Source: Candidatus Kerfeldbacteria bacterium (GTDB taxonomy: Bacteria; Patescibacteriota; Patescibacteriia; SBBC01; CAIJZX01). From it: 64,000 bases of DNA. Position numbers and translations under genes: made by a program. The DNA is taken from NCBI GenBank assembly GCA_963731735.1, contig CAVSWO010000002.1:334106-398105 (forward strand), read 5' to 3'. Within the stretch, counting starts at the first letter, position 1, and every line of letters begins with the position of its first letter. The notes below the pieces were generated by a model. It saw only the letters and a list, made by a program, of their open reading frames with translations. It did not search any database and was not told the DNA's origin. Below are positions 20,154 through 27,341 of the stretch, piece after piece.

Positions 20154-21024
20154 AAAACCAGAGCACCCCATACATTGAGAAGAAAATAGCGATACAGACG
20201 CCCTGATATACCCGCACAGATTTCTGGGTTAGATTTCGTATGTAGCGACTCGCAGAATAACTATAGGCTGCAAAAAGTATACACCAAAGCAGTGCTGGCA
20301 CCCACTGCTGGAGGATTACGAGACCTAATGTAATCATTGTTACCAGAATAACGCCACCACCGATAACTGCCCACACCGGCCCGAGTTGGGCCGAATAGGT
20401 ATCACGACTTATGTTTTCGTTTGCTGGAATACGTATCTTTCGTATCCATTCTAAAAATACCATGCTGGCATATGCAAACACCAAAAATATGATACTGGGT
20501 GAATGCAATCCCATTGTGCCGAGCGCAATAATCATAATTACCCACAAGCCCAAAAACGATTGGATTGTCATGACTGCATTATAAAGAAAGAAGCGTGATC
20601 GTAGCTGATCCCCCAACAAAAAATCTTGACCGGCAATGGCAGTAAGGAGTAGTACAGCTGCCATGTGTGGGAGAAAACTCAAATTAATAAACGCAACAAT
20701 ACATAGTTCAAGCATCATGAGGACGAACGCAATTATTCGTAGCTCACGTGCCTGAACTAAGCCCCGCGGTAATGGTCGCTGTTTATAGTAGAGACGGTCA
20801 TGGTTTTCATCGCGGATCTCGTCAAACAGACGAATATGGCCGAGATAGAACACCCCGAGAACAACTAATCCAACGCGGGGCAGAATATCGAACCCCAGCA
20901 TCCATTGATCTGCGTTGATGTGATGCAAAGTCTCGGTATACGCTGCGGTGGTCAACAATAAGAAACCTATCGGGAACCGCTCCGATTGAAACCGCCAGAT
21001 CTTCCGGATAAATGAACTATCCAT
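20146..21024 (-). CDS. UbiA-family prenyltransferase-like membrane protein
   Basis: Asp-rich RLFDEIRDENHD followed by RPLPRG; about 8 TM. Confidence 0.75.
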   Translation of the reverse strand: MDSSFIRKIWRFQSERFPIGFLLLTTAAYTETLHHINADQWMLGFDILPRVGLVVLGVFYLGHIRLFDEIRDENHDRLYYKQRPLPRGLVQARELRIIAFVLMMLELCIVAFINLSFLPHMAAVLLLTAIAGQDFLLGDQLRSRFFLYNAVMTIQSFLGLWVIMIIALGTMGLHSPSIIFLVFAYASMVFLEWIRKIRIPANENISRDTYSAQLGPVWAVIGGGVILVTMITLGLVILQQWVPALLWCILFAAYSYSASRYIRNLTQKSVRVYQGVCIAIFFSMYGVLWFYG

Positions 21025-21027
21025 GAT

Positions 21028-22098
21028 TTATCCTATACGCTCAAGAATAAAGAAGTTGCCATACATAAACCCATTGTCTTGATTCCAGAGCTTTGATGAT
21101 TCGTCCTGTAAAATGCGGAATCCGAACTTCGGAAGATCCACAATTGGTGGGTTAGCCAGATTTATCCAAAAACAGACGCGTCCACCAAGAGATACATGTT
21201 TACCAAGAACTGCAAAAAAATCCCGAAACTGACGATCGGAAAATCCTTCAAAAATGTCAGATAGATGAACTTTAGTGAAGGTCCCAAGAGGTGGAAGTGC
21301 TTGTACAACATCTTGTGTAATGAGTTGCCCATCATGACGAAGCCGCTGCCAAAAGTGCCATGCATCATGACGAAAGTATGGTGGGATGGTCTGTTGATAA
21401 CGACCCGTCAATATATACTCGATTAACCAGTTTGAGTGCACGGGAATTTCAGTTAGCCCACGAAATGCTCGTTGCGCATAAATTGACCCCGACGAATCAT
21501 GCGCGTATTTACGGAAAGCGTAATCACGCCCGAATTGATGTAATAATTGTTTTCCATAAAAAAATTTTAATCCTAATCGCCAACGCCACGTATTCCACAC
21601 TCGGCGATAGAGCGCAGACTGTTCTTCCAGTGATTGAGCTTGGAGAATTTGGTGTATGTTTTTTCGCGAGACCAAAAGCGGTAGAATGTATCTAGAAAAA
21701 AATTGAAAATATCTTTCAAGGCGCCCGGTATGGATAATTCCTTGAGCAATATCTTTCAACCGTGTATTCCAAAATTGTCTATCGTTTGGATCTACGATAG
21801 GTAATACGTGGTGCTGATATACGTTAGCGCGACTGCGTGAGTCATGAATGCCAATAAAAGCAAGAAACTCTTTATATGACAGCGCTTCTGCTGCGGCGGC
21901 GATAAGTTTTACTAGCCGAGTCTGATCGGGATTTCGATCAATGGAAACGAGTTGGTGTGGATGATCAGACAACACAGCGACGGGCGCCCCGCCAGCGGCA
22001 GTCACTGTCAAAACACGATCATCGGGCTGTACTACAAGCGCGCGTCGAAGGATGTCGGTATCCTCCCAGGTTTGTGTATATGGTATGCGATTTTTCAC
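21028..22098 (-). CDS. DUF3419 / BtaA-like SAM-dependent 3-amino-3-carboxypropyl transferase
   Basis: YTQTWED, DRVLTVTAAG, IDRNP.Q, GIIHTGRLERYF, LSDIFE motifs. Confidence 0.75.
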   Translation of the reverse strand: MKNRIPYTQTWEDTDILRRALVVQPDDRVLTVTAAGGAPVAVLSDHPHQLVSIDRNPDQTRLVKLIAAAAEALSYKEFLAFIGIHDSRSRANVYQHHVLPIVDPNDRQFWNTRLKDIAQGIIHTGRLERYFQFFSRYILPLLVSRKNIHQILQAQSLEEQSALYRRVWNTWRWRLGLKFFYGKQLLHQFGRDYAFRKYAHDSSGSIYAQRAFRGLTEIPVHSNWLIEYILTGRYQQTIPPYFRHDAWHFWQRLRHDGQLITQDVVQALPPLGTFTKVHLSDIFEGFSDRQFRDFFAVLGKHVSLGGRVCFWINLANPPIVDLPKFGFRILQDESSKLWNQDNGFMYGNFFILERIG

Positions 22099-22111
22099 AA
22101 TATCCGGTGTG

Positions 22112-23254
22112 CTACCCGGCCGGCTGTCGTAAGAGCACCCGGAACAAATTCATGGAGCCATATTCAAATCCTACCCTTGCGCCATGCATCCAAAGATACC
22201 ATAAACGATAGAAGGGCCGACCAAACGCGCGTTCAATCTCTTCCTGATGACTTTCGAGATTATGAATCCACGCATTCATGGTATAGACATAATCCAATGT
22301 ATCATCTCGGAACTCTTCAATCCGGAACCCGGCCTCTGTGGCGGCCGCCATGATTTCATCGCGGCTGGGAAGATAGCCCCCGGGAAATACGTATTTCTGT
22401 GTCCAACGGTCAAGTGGTCGCGGTTGGTATCGGCCGGTCGATTGCACGACTAGGGGTGCCCCGGGTTTTAGGCGTTTACCAACCTTTTGAAAATATTTCT
22501 GGAGATGTTTTCTCCCCACATGCTCAAGTGATTCCAACATCATAATCCCGTCATACTTTTCGTTGGGCATATTGGAGATCATGTCTCGATTCTGTACCGA
22601 GACGTGCTTAGCTAAATCGTGTTTACGAATCTGTTCACGACTATAGGCGACCTGTTCAGAGCTCCGGGTAATACTCAAAATGTTCCAACCATAGTTCTCT
22701 GCTGCAAACAGCGCAAAATTTCCCCAGCCACTTCCGAGGTCTAATATTAACGCATCCTTGGGAAGTGCTAGCCAAGTACTCAGGAACCGGAGTTTATTCT
22801 CCTGAGCCTCAATAAGGGAATCTGTCTGGGTGGCATATTTCCCTCCGGAATATGACATGGAATCCTTACCTAGCAACAACTCAAAGAATGTATTTCCAAT
22901 ATCGTAATGAAATGAAATTTGACGCTGGCGAGACTGTGGTTGGCTGAGAGACGCAAGAAAGGCTTGCATTTTATTCCTCCGTGATGGATGGTTGCCTTTA
23001 AATGTGTGGCGAAGTCGTAAATATGCATCGATATCTCCATCGATGTTTACCGCCCCCTCCATGTATGACTCGCCAAAGCCGAGCGATCCCTGAGTTATTA
23101 TTCGCTGTACTGTTTCTGAATTCTTGATGGATATTGAAAATGCCGTGGGCCCTGCTTGACCAAACCGCATTTCTTTTCCGTCCCAATATTTTATAAGAAA
23201 CCCAGGACCTTCGTAAGTTTGGAAGTAGTCTTCAAGTACCTGACGATTATCCAT
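22112..23254 (-). CDS. cfa: Cyclopropane-fatty-acyl-phospholipid synthase family methyltransferase
   Basis: GFGESYM.G, HYDIGN.FF, MSYS, LDLGSGWG, EHVG, YVFPGGYLP, FYRLW. Confidence 0.88.
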   Translation of the reverse strand: MDNRQVLEDYFQTYEGPGFLIKYWDGKEMRFGQAGPTAFSISIKNSETVQRIITQGSLGFGESYMEGAVNIDGDIDAYLRLRHTFKGNHPSRRNKMQAFLASLSQPQSRQRQISFHYDIGNTFFELLLGKDSMSYSGGKYATQTDSLIEAQENKLRFLSTWLALPKDALILDLGSGWGNFALFAAENYGWNILSITRSSEQVAYSREQIRKHDLAKHVSVQNRDMISNMPNEKYDGIMMLESLEHVGRKHLQKYFQKVGKRLKPGAPLVVQSTGRYQPRPLDRWTQKYVFPGGYLPSRDEIMAAATEAGFRIEEFRDDTLDYVYTMNAWIHNLESHQEEIERAFGRPFYRLWYLWMHGARVGFEYGSMNLFRVLLRQPAG

Positions 23255-23973
23255 ATACTAAATCTAGCGGTTTCGATTCCAAAAACATTCTCTCGTCGGA
23301 CACTATGCCGCGAGCGTTTTTTTCTGGATCGAAATACTCCTATGACGGTGAGTAAGAGAATAAACTGAGCGATTGCCATTCCCCAGCCAACCAGATACAT
23401 TAGCGTATCTTGTACATCCATGACACCAACAAGCAATAACACGCCTCCAATAAAAAGCGATACGAGAGCGATTGAGAATGTTTGTGCACTAGTTTTATCG
23501 CTTTCCCGGATATCTTCACTGGTAAGCTGTACTGCGTGGAGCACAACGGCAGCCATCAACACGATATACATGAAGCTTACGATATCGCTGGGTTGAAAGT
23601 AAAAGAGACCATCTGTCGAAAACCCTGGATTTGATGGCAAAGCTAGGCGAACAAACCAAAGTACCACCGCATACACCGCCACGGATGCGGTGAGGAGCTG
23701 TTGGGTATTTCGTTGGAGTTTGCTGACTGCCGCGCGCGTAAAAAAGAGTAGCGCGCCAATGTAAACTGCTGCTCCCGCGCTAATCCAAAAATTCAATGAG
23801 TCTCCTGCGGGTTTTGCGATAACGGCTGCTGACCAAACCCCGAAAGCTATGCCGGTCAAAAACAGCCCCCAGCCCATTGCCTTGGTTGTTACAGTTCGAT
23901 GCAGGCGGGGCAACAACAATCCAGCCAGGATTGTAGAAACCGTACTGAAGATGAAAAAGATGATTATTAACAT
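23191..23973 (-). CDS. Hypothetical 7-TM membrane protein
   Basis: Seven hydrophobic segments; first gene of the tightly packed island operon. Confidence 0.65.
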   Translation of the reverse strand: MLIIIFFIFSTVSTILAGLLLPRLHRTVTTKAMGWGLFLTGIAFGVWSAAVIAKPAGDSLNFWISAGAAVYIGALLFFTRAAVSKLQRNTQQLLTASVAVYAVVLWFVRLALPSNPGFSTDGLFYFQPSDIVSFMYIVLMAAVVLHAVQLTSEDIRESDKTSAQTFSIALVSLFIGGVLLLVGVMDVQDTLMYLVGWGMAIAQFILLLTVIGVFRSRKKRSRHSVRRENVFGIETARFSIWIIVRYLKTTSKLTKVLGFL

Positions 23974-24117
23974 ACAGTTAAGTATTGAAATAAGTGCTTG
24001 AATTATAGCTCAATTCCCATGTAAAGTAAACGAACTTCTTAAGTGATAGTGCCCAGATTGAGTTCCAAAAGGAAGAGCGTGATTGGAGGCTTCTAATAGG
24101 CTCTCTTCTAATCAGTT

Positions 24118-24882
24118 CTACCTTTTAGGTATCGCGGTAACTGGCCTCGCCTGGAGTATTACAATTTGATTTTCCCTTGTGCATGCCCATTCAATATCCA
24201 GGGATTTCCCATAAATATTCTCAATAGTTATGGCCCTTCGTCCAACCTTATTAAGAATTGGCAACACCGTTTCCAAAATAATGGATGAGAATTCTCCGTG
24301 CGACAAGACCTCACAAACACCAGAGTTTTTATTTATTGAAACGGTTAGGGGTGATACCTGTCCACTAACGATTTTATCGCCTAATCCGGGGCTAACCTCG
24401 ATCACAAGTTTTGACACGTCGTTCGTTCGTGGGTCGACCGTAAAACAAATTCCCGAGTATTTTGCATCGATCATTTCTTGCACGATAACCGCCATCCTCA
24501 TGTTTCCTTGTAGGCCAAGGTGTTTACGATATTCTTTAATTCGATGGCTGAAACGAGATTGTGCACACCTTCGAATAAAAGAAAGGGCGTCTTTCATTTT
24601 TACATTAAGGAAGGAGTCAAACATGCCAGCATAGCTCACGCTTTGGCCATCCTCCGAGACGCCTGAACTTCGAACTGCAAACAAGCTATAGGGCTGTAAT
24701 TTCTTCTTTTCTTTCTCCGTCAATATCGTAGAATCACTGATTATATCAATTGTCTCAACGTCTACAACAAAAGTTTTTGGGATCTTTTGACCACCTTGGG
24801 CTAAACGCTGAAGATTAAAAGCTTTGCCACCAATCTGGGAGACAGTGAACTTTGTTTGAGCGGTGATTTCTTTAAGAATCAA
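24118..24882 (-). CDS. Stand-alone PEP/pyruvate-binding (PPDK_N ATP-grasp) domain protein
   Basis: GGKA.NL, AVRSSG.SEDG...SYAG.F.SFLNV, MAVIVQEM, DIEWA, ILQARPVT then stop. Confidence 0.88.
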   Translation of the reverse strand: MILKEITAQTKFTVSQIGGKAFNLQRLAQGGQKIPKTFVVDVETIDIISDSTILTEKEKKKLQPYSLFAVRSSGVSEDGQSVSYAGMFDSFLNVKMKDALSFIRRCAQSRFSHRIKEYRKHLGLQGNMRMAVIVQEMIDAKYSGICFTVDPRTNDVSKLVIEVSPGLGDKIVSGQVSPLTVSINKNSGVCEVLSHGEFSSIILETVLPILNKVGRRAITIENIYGKSLDIEWACTRENQIVILQARPVTAIPKR

Positions 24883-24973
24883 GGTCTCGAAAGGTTGTAA
24901 GCAAAAATAATTTTATCGTTTCAAGCGGCATCTTTATATAGTTTCATACTACCACAAAACGCCAGCATATTTC

Positions 24974-25048
24974 TGGTAGCCCCACGGGGAATCGAACCCC
25001 GATTACCGGCTTGAAAAGCCGATGTCCTAACCGTTAGACGATGGGGCC
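24974..25048 (-). tRNA. tRNA-Glu(UUC)
   Basis: Minus strand GGCCCCA...TCGGC-TTTTCAA-GCCGG...GGTTCGATTCC...TGGGGCTACCA. Confidence 0.97.
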
Positions 25049-25284
25049 ACGAATTGCTTCAACTCTTTCCGTAGCCGGCCTGATTTCTTGATTTGTAACT
25101 CTCGTCTTCGAGCTTCCCTTTTTGTAGAGAATTCCTCAACCCTTACTACTCTATATGGGCGATATGCCCTTGTCGAGCGCACGTCTCCACGATTATGCTC
25201 GTGGATGCGCTTGCGGGCATCTTTAGAAGATCCTATATAGAGACGGCCGGTCCGAAGGCTTTGTATAATGTAGACTTGGTGCAT
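25027..25284 (-). CDS. GIY-YIG nuclease family protein whose 3' end reads into tRNA-Glu
   Basis: VYIIQS...LYIGSS...R..EHN.G..ST...P...E.F....A..RE.QIK; final VAPSSNG* codons overlap the tRNA 5' end. Confidence 0.9.
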   Translation of the reverse strand: MHQVYIIQSLRTGRLYIGSSKDARKRIHEHNRGDVRSTRAYRPYRVVRVEEFSTKREARRRELQIKKSGRLRKELKQFVAPSSNG

Positions 25285-25297
25285 AGCAATACATGCC

Positions 25298-25364
25298 AAG
25301 CCTGCATCCTGAACCGTTTCCGGCGGAGCCGGATCCGGCCTTTAGGCCGGAAGACGATGGGGTC
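25298..25364 (-). pseudogene. Broken 5' half of a tRNA-Glu, interrupted by a 33-bp palindromic insertion
   Basis: Minus strand GACCCCATCGTCT[insert 25319-25351]AACGGTTCAGGATGCAGGCTT aligns with tRNA GGCCCCATCGTCTAACGGTTAGGACATCGGCTT. Confidence 0.7.
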
Positions 25365-25376
25365 AGGAGCGGGGAG

Positions 25377-25405
25377 AATATACGCGAAATATGCTGTGAT
25401 GTCAA
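25377..25405 (-). promoter_or_regulatory. Sigma70 promoter of the tRNA-Glu locus
   Basis: Minus strand TTGACA-17-TATATT, 12 nt upstream of the pseudo-tRNA 5' end. Confidence 0.75.
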
Positions 25406-25420
25406 TCCGATTTGCATAAA

Positions 25421-25452
25421 GAGAAAGCCCCGCCAGTGTACGCGCGGGGCTG
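25421..25452 (-). terminator. Terminator of the cohesin-domain gene
   Basis: AGCCCCGC/GCGGGGCT stem followed on the minus strand by TTCTCTTT. Confidence 0.65.
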
Positions 25453-25458
25453 TTGTGA

Positions 25459-25977
25459 TTACCGGTAGAGCGTCTTGATCCGGCCCCAGGATTGCTGGGT
25501 AGTCGGCGTGGCGCCAAGGACGTTCAGCGTCGCGAATCCCCAGGTTGCAGGGATGGAATGGTTCTCCGAGTCGCGGAGTAATCCATACGACCAACGAAAT
25601 TCGCAGGTGCCTGGACCGACGCCCACGAAGTGGAAGACGGCCAGCTGGCCGGGACCGGTGCCACGGCAGCCGAGTCATGCGGCATCGACTTTCAGGCTGT
25701 CGCCGGTCGGCGGAAACATCCAGAAGAAATGGTCGCAGAGCGCTTCGCTCAGTAGGGTGCCGGGTTCGGCGTTGCCCGGCTGAACGATCGTCGGATCGTA
25801 GTTGAAAACCAGGCTGTAGGCGAGCAGGTCATTGACCGGCCCGATTTCGAGCGACAGCGTGATCGGATCCCCTATGCCGACCGTCACGACCTCGGGATTG
25901 AAGGACAGTTCAGCTGCCGAAGCCACCGTGGCAGTCAGCAAGCCAGACAGACATAGCATCAAAAACAGTCGTTTCAT
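25459..25977 (-). pseudogene. Secreted cohesin-like domain protein with one in-frame TGA at codon 101 (pseudogene or recoding) and a C-terminal SWGRIKTLYR motif
   Basis: AGGAGGG RBS, signal peptide, F.YDPT.V...A.PG.LL cohesin pattern. The frame stays open after TGA 25675-25677 until TAA 25459-25461. Confidence 0.7.
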
Positions 25978-26090
25978 TATCCCCTCCTGGTTACATGTCA
26001 TGTACGGTTCCGCGTGATGCGGCAAAGAGCTGCCCGAATATAGGTGAAAAGCCTGTTTTTGTCAATACCTATGGTACACTACGTAATCAT

Positions 26091-27119
26091 ATGAGAATTT
26101 TAGGAATTGAAACTTCCTGCGACGATACAGCGGTTGGCATCGTACACTACCAACGCCGCCGATTTACCATTGAGGCCCAAGTTACCGCCTCCCAAGCGCT
26201 GGTGCATAAAAAATACGGCGGGGTCGTCCCGGAAGTTGCGGCTCGAGAACATGCTGTTACAATTATTCCGACCCTCAAAGCAGCGCTCAAAAAAGCTGCG
26301 GCGTCTTGGGTCGATATTGATGCAATTGCGGTGACTGGTGGGCCGGGACTGAATACGGCGCTGTTGGTTGGGGTCGAGACTGCCCGCACCTTAAGTTATA
26401 GTCTCAAGAAACCACTGATTCGTGTCAATCACATCGAGGGACATATCGCCGCCAACTGGGTAACCAAAGAATCAATCACCTTTCCCGCCATCGCCCTCGT
26501 AGTTTCGGGGGGTCACACCGAGTTACTGCATATCAAACACATCGGCCGGTATTCATTGATTGGCCGTACGCTTGACGATGCGGTGGGTGAGGCCTTTGAT
26601 AAGGTCGCCAAAATGCTCCGTCTTCCGTATCCGGGCGGACCGTCAATTGCAAAAGTCGCGCTCACTGGAAACAAACGGGCCTTTAGATTTCCGGTTTCGC
26701 TCATGCAAAAGGGGAATTTGGATTTTAGTTACGCCGGGTTAAAAACGGCGGTGCTCTACGAATTGCGGGCGCATAAAAAATTGGACACGAAACTCCGGTG
26801 TGATGTCGCGGCCAGCTTTCAGCAGGCAGCCATCGCACAGTTGGTAAAGAAAACCGAGCGCGCGCTCGAAAAGACAGGCGCCAGGTCGTTATTATTAGCC
26901 GGTGGCGTTGCGGCAAATACGGTCCTACGGAATGAGCTCAAAATTGTAATGCAAAAAAAGTTCCCAACCACCAAATACTTCCAGCCACCAATCGCGTTGT
27001 GTATGGATAATGGGGTGATGATTGCCATGGCTGCTGCGCTCCGTCTGGATAAACAAAAGAAGTTGGCGTTCACCCCTTGGAAATTGCTTCGTGCCGATCC
27101 GAACTGGGAGCTGGTTTAA
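26091..27119 (+). CDS. tsaD: tRNA N6-adenosine threonylcarbamoyltransferase TsaD
   Basis: ILGIETSCDDT, GGVVPEVAAREH, HIEGH, VSGGHT, DDAVGEAFDK, DNGVMIA. Confidence 0.97.
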   Translation: MRILGIETSCDDTAVGIVHYQRRRFTIEAQVTASQALVHKKYGGVVPEVAAREHAVTIIPTLKAALKKAAASWVDIDAIAVTGGPGLNTALLVGVETARTLSYSLKKPLIRVNHIEGHIAANWVTKESITFPAIALVVSGGHTELLHIKHIGRYSLIGRTLDDAVGEAFDKVAKMLRLPYPGGPSIAKVALTGNKRAFRFPVSLMQKGNLDFSYAGLKTAVLYELRAHKKLDTKLRCDVAASFQQAAIAQLVKKTERALEKTGARSLLLAGGVAANTVLRNELKIVMQKKFPTTKYFQPPIALCMDNGVMIAMAAALRLDKQKKLAFTPWKLLRADPNWELV

Positions 27120-27139
27120 CCCCGTTCGAGGTGGTCCGG

Positions 27140-27341
27140 TTGACTTATTAACCAATTTTGCTAGGCTATCCGTGTGAGCAGTGAGTCCGGAGTCATGTCG
27201 CCGGATGAGCTCGGGCAGAACCCCGCTAGGCAGGCGGATAGTAGAGCCCTCGAACAAGTGTCCGCCGATGCCTCGGTGACGGCGGAAAATCAGGTGGTAC
27301 CACCCGGCAGGGTCCTGAAGCATCAGTGATCCTATTTGTTT
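27140..27341 (+). promoter_or_regulatory. valS promoter and T-box riboswitch (ultrashort Stem I, GUC Val specifier)
   Basis: TTGACT-16-TAGGCT; Stem I TCCGG-AGTCATGTCG-CCGGA; Stem II with AGAA/AGTA S-turn; T-box AGGTGGTACCAC at 27292-27303. Confidence 0.85.

Larger units (their letters stand above)
16762..24993. mobile_element. Genomic island integrated at the tRNA-Glu 3' end (no integrase inside)
   Basis: Bounded by the 20-bp tRNA-end direct repeat; visibly AT-richer than the flanks; co-oriented cargo genes. Confidence 0.7.

Noticed and set aside
18552-24882. Rifampicin resistance (rph) or gluconeogenic PEP synthase call
   Set aside because: No PEP-synthase C-terminal barrel. The substrate domain is not demonstrably RPH-specific and the context is lipid-enzyme genes.
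25675-25677. Genome-wide TGA=Gly recoding (genetic code 25)
   Set aside because: TGA terminates conserved genes here (e.g. dnaA, tyrS), and no core gene contains an internal TGA.
27240-27244. GTA in ATAGTAGAG as the Val specifier codon
   Set aside because: It fits the conserved AGUA S-turn of Stem II; the GTC in the Stem I loop fits the specifier position better.
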